DNA of 64,000 nucleotides, taken from contig OZ024749.1 of the NCBI GenBank assembly GCA_964016885.1, forward strand, positions 29,574,001 to 29,638,000, written 5' to 3'. The notes beneath the pieces were generated by a model, which was not told the DNA's origin, ran no database searches, and worked only from the letters and a program-made list of their open reading frames with translations. Origin of the DNA: Eledone cirrhosa (lineage: Eukaryota). A program made the translations under genes and the position numbers. Shown piece by piece: positions 13,736 to 26,633 of the stretch (positions are counted from its first letter, which is position 1; each line of letters opens with the position of its first letter).

Positions 13736-13815
13736 AACACGGCACCGTTTACTTTGCTCCAGTGATTATTTACATTATTTATGTAATAATATATGTTGTG
13801 TAAAGAACGATCAAT

Positions 13816-13851
<36 letters not shown>

Positions 13852-14094
13852 AATAATACTAATAATAATAACAATAACAAAAACAACGCAGTAAATTTCG
13901 TTGCAATTTGCTTGGCTCATTGCCACGAGAAAACGTCATTATGTTGCGTGCTTAAGGCATAAGTTGTACAGTTGTGCAGATGTAAAGATGTACAGATGTA
14001 CAGTTGTAGCCATTCTAACCAGTCTAAATGTGTTTCTCTTACGAATGTAACTAAGCGAAACTTTCTTTCGATATAATTTCACAATGGTAAAGTA

Positions 14095-14476
14095 ATAATT
14101 GTTTCTACTTTTTGGTACAAGGCCAGCGATTATCCCAGTCTATTACTCGTACTTTATTTTATCGACCCCGTAAGGATGAAATGCAAAGTTAACCTCGGTG
14201 GGATTTGAACTCAGAATGGCAAGAGCCGTAACTCTATGCGTCAAAGCATGGCGTCCGACCCTCTACCGATACTGCCAATCCACCAGTAATAATTGTTTCT
14301 ACTTTAGGCACAAGGCCAGCAATTACCCCAGTGCATTACTGGTACTTTATTTTATCTACCCCGTAAGGATGAAAGGCAAAGCTAACCTCGGCAGGATTTG
14401 AACTCAGACTGTAAAGGGTTGTAACTATGCTAGAAAGCATGGCGTCCGACCCTCTACCAATACTGCCAATCCACCA
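14095..14476 (-). mobile_element. Tandem pair of family S SINEs; copy at ~41109-41490
   Basis: Two ~190-bp units matching 10155-11017. Confidence 0.88.
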
Positions 14477-14544
14477 GTAATAATGTAAGCTGTTTCCTAA
14501 AGAATACATCTTGTTAGTATATACTCCAGTAGAGGGGAGAAAAT

Positions 14545-14935
14545 GACACAAACCTACACATTTACACAGTCATATATTTACACACCCACACATTCACACA
14601 TACACACCTACACATTTACACACATTCACACCAACACATTTACAGACATACATTTTTACATATTTACACATCTACACATGTACATATATACCGATGCACA
14701 CATGTACATATTTTCCGATGTACACATATACACATATACAGATAAACACATAAACACATGTACATGTATACTGATGTATACACATCTACATATCTACACA
14801 TTTATTTACACTTATACACATAATGTGCACATGTAAACACCTACACATATACACATATACATACATACACATATACAGATGTACACATCTGCACACATGT
14901 ACACATGTACACAAATTCACATACGTATGCATGTA
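14545..14935. repeat. Degenerate CA/TA-rich low-complexity tract; copy at ~41559-41950
   Basis: Direct reading. Confidence 0.85.
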
Positions 14936-14961
14936 TGAATAACTATATTTATATTTATCTA

Positions 14962-14993
<32 letters not shown>

Positions 14994-14994
<1 letters not shown>

Positions 14995-15339
14995 CGAAGG
15001 AAATGTGGTAAGGAACCAGGTGGACCATAACGCACCAAAGTACTCAATACTTGAGGTAGTAGAGTGGGTAATAGGAACCAGTAAGACCCCGACAGCTGAG
15101 CTCAAGCCGTTTCGACGGCTAATTCTGGATATATATACTTATATATATATATATATATATATATATAGGAACCAGTAAGACCCCGACAGCTGAGCTCTGG
15201 ACTGTCCAGAATTAGCCGTCGAAACGGCTTGAGCTCAGCTGTCGGGGTCTTACTGGTTCCTATTACCCACTCTACTACCTCAAGTATTGAGTACTTTGGT
15301 GCGTTATGGTCCACCTGGTTCCTTACCACATTTCCTTCG

Positions 15340-15340
<1 letters not shown>
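14994..15340. mobile_element. Two family A elements head-to-head (14994-15129 minus; 15168-15340 plus) in (TA)n, only in copy 1
   Basis: Near-perfect reverse complements of each other; the matching site 41979-42076 is an empty (TA)n tract. Confidence 0.88.
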
Positions 15341-15394
<54 letters not shown>

Positions 15395-15395
15395 A

Positions 15396-15508
<113 letters not shown>

Positions 15509-15616
15509 ATATATATATATATATAAGCGTTAACCTAATATATCCCTTCCATATACTGTACCGATTGTGTTGTTATTTCTGTTTACCTTTTACATACATA
15601 CATACATATATATATA

Positions 15617-15842
15617 AGAATTAAAATACTAGAGTGCGTTGGAGTTAAACACACTCGTCGTATTATAGAAATGACAGTATAAGATATAGCTCAATGTAAT
15701 ATAACAGAGCCGAAAAATTATAAAAAATAAACAAAGAGGCTTTCCCCTTCAATACATCAAAAGTCTTATTAGGCTAATAAAGACTTTTGATGTATTGAAA
15801 GCCTCTTCGTTTATTTTTTATAATTTTTATAATTTTTATAAT
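15617..15842 (-). mobile_element. Short foldback insert in (TA)n, only in copy 1
   Basis: Arms ataaa.aaagaggctttc..caatacatcaaaagtctt / aagacttttgatgtattgaaagcctctt.gtttat; carries tagctcaat (attgagcta on minus); absent at ~42150-42199. Confidence 0.7.
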
Positions 15843-15867
15843 ACATATATATATATATATATACATA

Positions 15868-16676
15868 CTATAACACACAGTAGACACTTATAAATGAAAA
15901 GTAAATATATTTATAAAATTGGCATGTTGTGGCAACAAAGCTTGTAGCTCCGAGTTGTCTGTGTGGCCTGAGTGGGTTTAATGGGTGGTTAAGAGGTTCA
16001 GTCCGGTCCAGGATGTTGAGATCAGAGGTGGTTTTAAACCCAGCATCGTTGATTTCAATAATGACGCTCCGATTAGTTTTACGGTAATCCTTAGTTAGAG
16101 CATTATGTAGCAGTTGATGGTAAATACTGCATTCCACTTGATATAGTTTGCCAGTTTTGTCGGAATGGACGGCACGGCGTTAGAATCCTTAATAGAACGA
16201 ATTCTATTCTTCAGGTCCTGCTGGAAGGAATTGCTCCTATACCGAAATTTGATACTCCGTATGAGTTCCAAGACATCATTTTCGAAGGGTAGCAATGCTG
16301 GGTTACTCGGAGGGTTATTATAGGTTTTAAACCCAAATTTATCCTGTTTGTTGTCTGCTTTTCCCTGATTATCGAAATAAAAGCCACGCCAACGCGTCTG
16401 TTTTCTGTATCAGGAGTTTTAGGTATGTTTCCTGCTTGGTACGGGTATGTTCTTTGTAGAAATATTCAGATGTTGTTTCTGCATGATGAATATAAGTCAA
16501 TAGAGTGCTCAACCGAGGGATCCAAACAGTAATAATAATAAATTTGAAGACTAAAATCCAAAGAGGGCTCGATAAGGATAAATATATATCAAATATATAA
16601 GAACCGTAGAGTAAGGGTGAAAGCAGCGATTCTTTGCTTAAACTTTAATCTGTTATTTTAATAAATAAATAAATAA

Positions 16677-16724
<48 letters not shown>

Positions 16725-16749
16725 TAATCAAAATAACAGATTTCGCTGC

Positions 16750-16755
<6 letters not shown>
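15868..16755 (-). pseudogene. Decayed Penelope-like element: 5' leader with inverted segment and N-terminal part of the RT ORF (ATG at 16484)
   Basis: Frameshifted translation MQKQHLNISTKNIPVPSRK/YLKLLIQKT/RWRGFYF..KFGFKT..PP..ALLPFENDVLELIRSIKFR..NSFQQDLK..SDKTGKLYQ..LLHNALTKDYRK resembles PLE ORF N-termini, including the DKG/DKT motif (recognised from memory); inverted arms gaaagcagcga..aatctgttatttt / aaaataacagatttcgctgctttc at 16619-16754. Confidence 0.75.
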
Positions 16756-16821
<66 letters not shown>

Positions 16822-16950
16822 GTACTAAACGAAAGATATATACTTTATATCATCTCTATTTATTTCATTATATATATTTCAAAGATGTAAAGTTTTATGT
16901 ATAATATAAAGCAAAACATGTCCTCTTCAGGTAAAATACATGGATGTATA

Positions 16951-17107
16951 CCGTCTTTCCCGGCTTCGAAGACGCTACCTTTTCACTAAAACAAGCCTAA
17001 AAAATCTCCTGGAGGCCGAAGGGTGTTTATTATTTTCTTTCAAATTTTTGATTGTCAAAATTAGGATGCGTCTAGAGGACGAAGCGTCTTTGCGCCGGGA
17101 AATAGGG
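16951..17107. mobile_element. ~157-bp MITE, Tc1/mariner-pogo-like, TA-flanked; copy at 43242-43399
   Basis: Imperfect TIRs ccgt(a/c)tttcccggcttcgaagacgct / agcgtctttgcgccgggaaataggg with TA on both sides. Confidence 0.7.
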
Positions 17108-17432
17108 TAATTCTTTCATGATATGCTGGTAGACAAACAAGCTGGACAGATCGGTGACCACCAAGCATATGACTAGAAAAAAAAAAAAAAAAAAAATATA
17201 TATATAGGAAAATGGCGGGCTGTGTGGTCGCAATTAAGTATAATGAAGATAAAAGTTACGGGCGAAAGAGGGTAATATCCATTGTCAGTTGGTCTGCTAG
17301 GAATCATAGGTATTTCTTCGCGTTAGAGACAAGATACCTCAGCCTAGGGCGAACAATAACTAAAATAAGTTATTGGGATGAAAAAAGTGGGGGGGGGGGG
17401 GAATGTAAACAGACACGAAGGGAATACACACA

Positions 17433-17631
17433 CAAGAGTCGACTGAAAAGTTCATAGGTTGACCAAGACATTCTCATGGAATGACTAGATCAAGGTTTAT
17501 TTTTCAACATAGTCCCTTGAAAGAAACAATGCAGTTATTAATAAGAGGGTTTGAAATTAATGCATTCAAAATTTCACAGCTCTAACATCACTCTTTCATA
17601 GCCAGCAAATGAATTTTTCAGATGATCCTCG
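17433..17631. mobile_element. Degenerate mariner-derived MITE; copy at 43718-43916
   Basis: Imperfect TIRs caagagtcgactgaaaagttcat / atgaatttttcagatgatcctcg(ta); mariner-like subterminal tttatttttcaacatagtccc. Confidence 0.6.
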
Positions 17632-18371
17632 TATGGAAAGGCTTTGATTATAAGTTTGCTTTGATTATAAGTTTGCTCTCGACGCTATTATTAAAGTCTA
17701 CTAGGTATCCTACTAGGGCGCACACCTCAGAATGTGTAATTAGAGAGTCTTAAACAGAGTCTTAAGAAATCAGTTTTATACAAATTTATATAATTAAATC
17801 AAATATATAATTTCATTTGACCAATAAATAAATCACTAAACACCTTTGCCGTATAGCAGCGTGATGGAAATATCCAAAGCGGTGGAGAGGGCTGTATGGT
17901 GTTATGACCTGTATCAATGATTGAGCCTGTGTGTGCGTGGATTGTACAGTGGAAAATGCAGACTTAGTAATTTTTTAAGGTCATTAGAGCAGGAAGTGTA
18001 AAAAACTAGGTTGCTTAGTTGACCAAATTGAATATTATTTCGGAAAATCAGACGCACAATTGGGTATAGAAGAGTGTATACATTGTGGAACTAGCCTATG
18101 ATACTAGACACCCAGCTGCTGGCTCTGCCTGGGGCTAAACAACAACCACAACAACAACAACAACAACAACACGTATAGTATATTATCTTAGTCTTGGTGA
18201 TAATAATGGGGAGAATCGGTGAGAAATGGCGAGAAATCTAATCTTCCCCGAAGTTTTTCTCCATAAAACTTGTGTTGTGTTAAATCTGACGCAAATAACA
18301 TGGTTTAGATAAATCATATGAAATGGACAGTAACGCAGTGTTTCGTCTCGCCTGATCTTGTCTTTTTTTCG

Positions 18372-18372
<1 letters not shown>

Positions 18373-18422
<50 letters not shown>

Positions 18423-18539
18423 CATCATCATTATCATCATCTTCCTTATCACCGCCACCATCCTTCTTATTGTCCACCGTCTTTTCTCAAGATAATATAT
18501 TAAAAAGAAAAAAATATATATTGTACAGAAGAAGTTGAC

Positions 18540-18571
<32 letters not shown>

Positions 18572-18620
18572 CTTCTTCTTCTTCTTCTTCTTCTTCTTCT
18601 TCTTCTTCTTCTTCTTCTTC
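18373..18620. repeat. (CAT)n at 18373-18440 and pure (CTT)n at 18542-18620; same lengths in copy 2 (44658-44905)
   Basis: Direct reading. Confidence 0.95.
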
Positions 18621-19445
18621 TCTAAAACATATATATAATTTAAATTATCTTTACAATGGACGGTATACAATAAAAATGCGATGCACAATAAAAAATTAGA
18701 TAGCTAAACTACCCCCTCCCCCCCCCCAATAAATAAAAATGCGAAACAAAAGAAAACAAACAAACAAGAAAATAGCAACGAGTATAATATGAGAGGAAAT
18801 ATGATAACAGTAGTAATATTGTTTGGGGGGTAAGTCGGAGTAAATGTGATAACCGTAGTCATTTTTTGTTTGGTCTCTTTAAGAGACCATACACCGTAGT
18901 ATTCATCACATGCTGCACAATACTTATATTATCTTGCCCCATCTTTTAGGAAGAAAAAGAACAAAGCCGTAGAACGAATTACCGTTCCTCTCCCTCTCCC
19001 TTTCTTTTGTAGCTTGGTCTTTCTTTCTTTTTCTCCTTTTCATTTTCTTTTCCCTTCCCTATAATAGTGTGTTATTTTTATTTTTATTAGATACTGCACA
19101 ATTATTTATATAGAACTATTTCGTATGGATTAAATCAATGAAAAAAAAAAGAAAAAATTAATGATCCCTTAAAAAAAGTATATTACTCATTATCAAACGA
19201 TCTGGACGTCCGTCTGTCCGTTTGTCTGTTTGACTGTCTAGCTTTCTGTCTGTCTACCTGCCTGTTTGTCTGTGTGTCTATCTCTCCGCTTGCCAATCTG
19301 TCTGTCTATCAATCTCTCTAGCTGTGCGCCCGTCAGTTTGTCTCTCTGTTTGTCTGTCCTTCTATCTGTCTGTTTGTCTGGCAAATATCAAATTATGGTA
19401 TATTAGTTTAACACTTGATATATACGTACTTGTGTATGTGTGTAT

Positions 19446-19645
19446 NNNNNNNNNNNNNNNNNNNNNNNNNNNNNNNNNNNNNNNNNNNNNNNNNNNNNNN
19501 NNNNNNNNNNNNNNNNNNNNNNNNNNNNNNNNNNNNNNNNNNNNNNNNNNNNNNNNNNNNNNNNNNNNNNNNNNNNNNNNNNNNNNNNNNNNNNNNNNNN
19601 NNNNNNNNNNNNNNNNNNNNNNNNNNNNNNNNNNNNNNNNNNNNN
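19446..19645. other. Assembly gap (200 N)
   Basis: Run of exactly 200 n; a round size suggests a scaffolding placeholder. Confidence 0.99.
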
Positions 19646-19820
19646 GCAGCCACGTATGAGATAGAACCTTCTAAACTCACATAGGTGTGAGTTGTAATAA
19701 CAGAATGATAGGACTTGGGAGCCCTAAAATCGGAATACCCCCCCAAAACCTCCTATGATATACCTTATAGGAGGTCAGTTAAACCTACATAGGTGCGAAC
19801 TGTAACAGCAACAACATGAT

Positions 19821-22800
19821 AGGCCATGCTGGGGCCCAAAACTCTTTACTGGTTTCAGTTAGTAAACTACGGCCATGCTGGGGGCACCAAACTCTTTTAT
19901 TGGTTTCTGTCATTAGACTGCGGCCATGCTGGGGCACCAAGCTCTGTTACTGGTTTCAGTTAGTAAACTACGGCCATGCTGGGGCACCAAACTCTTTTAT
20001 TGGTTTCTGTCATTAGACTGCGGCCATGCTGGGGCACCAAACTCTTTTACTGGTTTCAGTTAGTAAACTACGGACATGCTGGGGCCCAAAACTCTTTTAC
20101 TGGTTTCAGTTAGTAAACTACGGCCATGCTGGGACACCAAACTCTTTTATTGGTTTCTGTCATTAGACTGCGGCCATGCTGGGGCACCAAACTCTTTTAC
20201 TGGTTTCAGTTAGTAAACTACGGCCATGCTGGGGCACCAAACTCTTTTATTGGTTTCTGTCATTAGACTGCGGCCATGCTGGGGCACCAAACTCTTTTAT
20301 TGGTTTCTGTCATTAGACTGCGGCCATGCTGGGGCCCAAAACTCTTTTACTGGTTTCAGTTAGTAAACTACGGCCATGCTGGGACACCAAACTCTTTTAT
20401 TGGTTTCTGTCATTAGACTGCGGCCATGCTGGGGCACCAAACTCTTTTATTGGTTTCTGTCATTAGACTGCGGCCATGCTGGGGCCCAAAACTCTTCTAC
20501 TGGTTTCTGTCATTAGACTGCGGCCATGCTGGGACCCCAAATTCTTTTATTGGTTTCTGTCATTAGACTGCGGCCATGCTGGGGCACCAAACTCTTTTAT
20601 TGGTTTCTGTCATTAGACTGCGGCCATGCTGGGGCACCAAACTCTGTTACTGGTTTCAGTTAGTAAACTACGGCCATGCTGGGGCACCAAACTCTTTTAT
20701 TGGTTTCTGTCATTAGACTGCGGCCATGCTGGGGGCACCAAACTCTTTTATTGGTTTCTGTCATTAGACTGCGGCCATGCTGGGGCACCAAACTCTGTTA
20801 CTGGTTTCAGTTAGTAAACTACGGCCATGCTGGGGCACCAAACTCTTTTATTGGTTTCTGTCATTAGACTGCGGCCATGCTGGGGCACCAAACTCTTTTA
20901 CTGGTTTCAGTTAGTAAACTACGGACATGCTGGGGCCCAAAACTCTTTTACTGGTTTCAGTTAGTAAACTACGGCGGCCATGCTGGGACACCAAACTCTT
21001 TTATGGTTTCTGTCATTAGACTGCGGCCATGCTGGGGCACCAAACTCTTTTACTGGTTTCAGTTAGTAAACTACGGCCATGCTGGGGGCACCAAACTCTT
21101 TTATTGGTTTCTGTCATTAGACTGCGTCCATGCTGGGGCACCAATCTCTTTTACTGGTTTCAGTTAGTAAACTACGGCCATGCTGGGGCCCAAAACTCTT
21201 TTACTGGTTTCAGTTAGTAAACTACGGCCATGCTGGGACACCAAACTCTTTATTGGTTTCTGTCATTAGACTGCGGCCATGCTGGGGCACCAAACTCTTT
21301 TACTGGTTTCAGTTAGTAAACTACGGCCATGCTGGGGCACCAAACTCTTTATTGGTTTCTGTCATTAGACTGCGGCCATGCTGGGGCACCAAACTCTTTT
21401 ATTGGTTTCTGTCATTAGACTGCGGCCATGCTGGGGCCCAAAACTCTTTTACTGGTTTCAGTTAGTAAACTACGGCCATGCTGGGACACCAAACTCTTTT
21501 ATTGGTTTCTGTCATTAGACTGCGGCCATGCTGGGGCACCAAACTCTTTATTGGTTTCTGTCATTAGACTGCGGCCATGCTGGGGCCCAAAACTCTTCTA
21601 CTGGTTTCTGTCATTAGACTGCGGCCATGCTGGGACCCCAAATTCTTTTATTGGTTTCTGTCATTAGACTGCGGCCATGCTGGGGCACCAAACTCTTTTA
21701 TTGGTTTCTGTCATTAGACTGCGGCCATGCTGGGGCACCAAACTCTTTTACTGGTTTCAGTTAGTAAACTACGGCCATGCTGGGACACCAAACTCTTTTA
21801 TTGGTTTCTGTCATTAGACTGCGGCCATGCTGGGGCACCAAACTCTTTTATTGGTTTCTGTCATTAGACTGCGGCCATGCTGGGGCCCAAAACTCTTTTA
21901 CTGGTTTCAGTTAGTAAACTACGGCCATGCTGGGGCCCAAAACTCTTTTACTGGTTTCAGTTAGTAAACTACGGCCATGCTGGGACACCAAACTCTTTTA
22001 TTGGTTTCTGTCATTAGACTGCGGCCATGCTGGGGCACCAAACTCTTTTACTGGTTTCAGTTAGTAAACTACGGCCATGCTGGGACACCAAACTCTTTTA
22101 TTGGTTTCTGTCATTAGACTGCGGCCATGCTGGGGCACCAAACTCTTTTATTGGTTTCTGTCATTAGACTGCGGCCATGCTGGGGCCCAAAACTCTTTTA
22201 CTGGTTTCTGTCATTAGACTGCGGCCATACTGGGGCACCAACTCTTTTATTGGTTTCTGTCATTAGACTGCGGCCATGCTGGGGCACCAAACTCTTTTAT
22301 TGGTTTCTGTCATTAGACTGCGGCCATGCTGGGGCCCAAAACTCTTTTACTGGTTTCAGTTAGTAAACTGCGGCCATGCTGGGGCACCAAACTCTTTTAT
22401 TGGTTTCTGTCATTAGACTGCGGCCATGCTGGGGCCCAAAACTCTTTTACTGGTTTCAGTTAGTAAACTACGGCCATGCTGGGACACCAAACTCTTTTAT
22501 TGGTTTCTGTCATTAGACTGCGGCCATGCTGGGGCACCAAACTCTTTTATTGGTTTCTGTCATTAGACTGCGGCCATGCTGGGGCCCAAAACTCTTTTAC
22601 TGGTTTCAGTTAGTAAACTACGGCCATGCTGGGGCCCAAAACTCTTTTACTGGTTTCAGTTAGTAAACTACGGCCATGCTGGGACACCAAACTCTTTTAT
22701 TGGTTTCTGTCATTAGACTGCGGCCATGCTGGGGCACCAAACTCTTTTACTGGTTTCAGTTAGTAAACTACAGCCATGCTGGGGCACCAAACTCTTTTAT

Positions 22801-25188
22801 TGGTTTCTGTCATTAGACTGCGGCCATGCTGGGGCACCAAACTCTTTTATTGGTTTCTGTCATTAGACTGCGGCCATGCTGGGGCCCAAAACTCTTTTAC
22901 TGGTTTCAGTTAGTAAACTACGGCCATGCTGGGACACCAAACTCTTTTATTGGTTTCTGTCATTAGACTGCGGCCATGCTGGGGCACCAAACTCTTTTAT
23001 TGGTTTCTGTCATTAGACTGCGGCCATGCTGGGGCCCAAAACTCTTTTACTGGTTTCTGTCATTAGACTGCGGCCATGCTGGGACCCAAAACTCTTTTAC
23101 TGGTTTCAGTTAGTAAACTACGGCCATGCTGGGACACCAAACTCTTTTATTGGTTTCTGTCATTAGACTGCGGCCATGCTGGGGCACCAAACTCTTTTAT
23201 TGGTTTCTGTCATTAGACTGCGGCCATGCTGGGGCCCAAAACTCTTTTACTGGTTTCTGTCATTAGACTGCGGCCATGCTGGGGCACCAAACTCTTTTAT
23301 TGGTTTCTGTCATTAGACTGCGGCCATGCTGGGGCACCAAACTCTTTTATTGGTTTCTGTCATTAGACTGCGGCCATGCTGGGGCACCAAACTCTTTTAT
23401 TGGTTTCTGTCATTAGACTGCGGCCATGCTGGGACCCCAAACTCTTTTATTGGTTTCTGTCATTAGACTGCGGCCATGCTGGGGCACCAAACTCTTTTAT
23501 TGGTTTCTGTCATTAGACTGCGGCCATGCTGGGGCACCAAACTCTTTTATTGGTTTCTGTCATTAGACTGCGGCCATGCTGGGGCCCAAAACTCTTTTAC
23601 TGGTTTCAGTTAGTAAACTAGGCCATGCTGGGACACCAAACTCTTTTATTGGTTTCTGTCATTAGACTGCGGCCATGCTGGGTCACCAAACTCTTTTATT
23701 GGTTTCTGTCATTAGACTGCGGCCATGCTGGGGCACCAAACTCTTTTATTGGTTTCTGTCATTAGACTGCGGCCATGCTGGGGCACCAAACTCTTTTATT
23801 GGTTTCTGTCATTAGACTGCGGCCATGCTGGGACCCCAAACTCTTTTATTGGTTTCTGTCATTAGACTGCGGCCATGCTGGGGCACCAAACTCTTTTATT
23901 GGTTTCTGTCATTAGACTGCGGCCATGCTGGGGCACCAAACTCTTTTATTGGTTTCTGTCATTAGACTGCGGCCATGCTGGGGCCCAAAACTCTTTTACT
24001 GGTTTCAGTTAGTAAACTACGGCCATGCTGGGACACCAAACTCTTTTATTGGTTTCTGTCATTAGACTGCGGCCATGCTGGGTCACCAAACTCTTTTATT
24101 GGTTTCTGTCATTAGACTGCGGCCATGCTGGGGCCCAAAACTCTTTTACTGGTTTCAGTTAGTAAACTACGGCCATGCTGGGACACCAAACTCTTTTATT
24201 GGTTTCTGTCATTAGACTGCGGCCATGCTGGGGCACCAAACTCTTTTATTGGTTTCTGTCATTAGACTGCGGCCATGCTGGGGCCCAAAACTCTTTAACT
24301 GGTTTCAGTTAGTAAACTACGGCCATGCTGGGACACCAAACTCTTCTATTGGTTTCTGTCATTAGACTGCGGCCATGCTGGGGCACCAAACTCTTTTATT
24401 GGTTTCTGTCATTAGACTGCGGCCATGATGGGGCCCAAAACTCTTTTATTGGTTTCTGTCATTAGACTGCGGCCATGCTGGGGCACCAAACTCTTTTATT
24501 GGTTTCTGTCATTAGACTGCGGCCATGCTGGGGCACCAAACTCTTTTATTGGTTTCTGTCATTAGACTGCGGCCATGCTGGGGCCCAAAACTATTTTACT
24601 GGTTTCAGTTAGTAAACTACGGCCATGCTGGGACACCAAACTCTTTTATTGGTTTCTGTCATTAGACTGCGGCCATGCTGGGGCACCAAACTCTTTTATT
24701 GGTTTCTGTCATTAGACTGCGGCCATGCTGGGGCCCAAAACTCTTTTACTGGTTTCAGTTAGTAAACTACGGCCATGCTGGGACACCAAACTCTTTTATT
24801 GGTTTCTGTCATTAGACTGCGGCCATGCTGGGACCCCAAACACTTTTACTGGTTTTAGTCATTTGACTGCGGCCATGCTGGGACCCCAAACTCTTTTACT
24901 GGTTTTAGTCATTAGACTGCGGCCATGCTGGGACCCCAAACTCTTTTACTGGTTTTAGTCATTAGACTGCGGCATGCTGGGACCCCAAACTCTTTTACTG
25001 GTTTTAGTCATTAGACTGCGGCATTACCTGGGACACCTAACTCTTTTACTGGTTTCTGTCATTAGACTGCGGCCATGCTGGGACCTCAAACTCTTTTACT
25101 GGCCTTAGTCATTAGACTGCGGCATTACCTGGGACCCAGGCTCTTTTACTGGCTTTAATCATTAAATTGCGGCCATGCTGTGGCACCA
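19821..25188 (-). repeat. 50-bp satellite, ~107 units, derived from a LINE/SINE 3' tail
   Basis: Unit ggccatgctggggcaccaaactctttta(t/c)tggtttc(tgtcattagactgc|agttagtaaactac); its reverse complement matches the 3' tail at 50680-50735. Confidence 0.95.
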
Positions 25189-25451
25189 TATTGTTTTATT
25201 GTTTTTAGTGATTGATTAGACTCCGCCCCTGGTGGCTGAAAGTGACTGCTATTTCTAGCAGGTAGGACAACCACAGAGATGTCTCTTACGTTGGTTGGTC
25301 TAGTGTCTGTGGTGTGGGTAAGGTGGAGGGTGAGGTGGTAGGTAACACTGACAGGTGGCAGGTGCAGGTGGCGGCGGCGGAAATCTTTCTGTAAGAGTTG
25401 AACCATTCCTTGTTCTTTGTATGAATTCTTCTCATTGATTTTAATGTGGAC

Positions 25452-25990
25452 ACAACATATAAATAGATTTATATAACAACAACAACAGCAACAACAACAA
25501 CAACAACAGCAGCAGCAACATATAAACACATTTATATAACAACAACAACAATGACAATAACAGCAACATATAAATAGATTTATATAACAACAACAACAGC
25601 AACAACAACAACAACAACAGCAACATATAAATACATTTATATAACAACAACAACAATAACAATAACAGCAACATATAAATAGATTTATATAATAATAACA
25701 ACAGCAACAACAACAATAGCAACATATAAACAGATTTATAATACACAACAGCAACAACAACAGCAGCAACAACATCTCAACAACATATAAACAGATTTAT
25801 ATAACAACAACAACAACAGCAACAGCAACAGCAAAAACAGCAACAATAACAGCAACAATAACAGCAATAACAACATATAAACAGATTTATATATTATCAT
25901 CATCATCATCATCAACAACAATAACAGCATATAAACAGATTTACATAGCAACAGAAACAATAAAAACAACAACAGCAACAACAACAACAA
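25452..25990. repeat. Compound minisatellite: aacatataaa(t/c)a(g/c)atttatat interleaved with variable (CAA/CAG)n
   Basis: About 9 recurrences of the AT-rich core separated by trinucleotide runs of variable length. Confidence 0.9.
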
Positions 25991-26059
25991 CAATAACCAC
26001 AACAGCAACAACTTCAACACACACACACACAGACAGACACAGACACACACGCACACACA

Positions 26060-26116
<57 letters not shown>

Positions 26117-26130
26117 ACACAGACACACAC

Positions 26131-26170
<40 letters not shown>

Positions 26171-26184
26171 AGACACAGGCACAG

Positions 26185-26230
<46 letters not shown>

Positions 26231-26305
26231 ACACACAGACACAGACACAGACGCACACACACACACACACACACACAGACACAGACACAGACGCACACAC
26301 AGACA

Positions 26306-26353
<48 letters not shown>

Positions 26354-26602
26354 AATACCATCAGCAACAACAACCACATCATCACCACCATCACCACCAG
26401 CACCACCACCAGCACCACCACCAACACCACCACCATCACCACCAGCACCACCACCAGCACCACCACCAACACCACCACCATCACCACCAGCACCACCACC
26501 ACCAGCACCACCACCAGCACCAGCACCACCACCACCAACAACACCAGCAATGACAACAACTTAATCCTCACGACTACTACCACCACCACCACCACCACCA
26601 CC

Positions 26603-26633
<31 letters not shown>

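Noticed and set aside
17208-17220. YY1-like aaaatggcgg motif as a promoter sign
   Set aside because: It is a single short motif between two MITEs with no gene evidence nearby.
18183-18503. Poly-His/poly-Asp/poly-Met ORFs (also 44468-44788 and 63424-63798)
   Set aside because: They are (CAT)n microsatellite translations.
19821-25188. CRISPR-like appearance of the 50-bp array (also the 44- and 91-bp arrays)
   Set aside because: There are no unique spacers and no cas genes, the context is eukaryotic, and units differ only at a few recurring sites.
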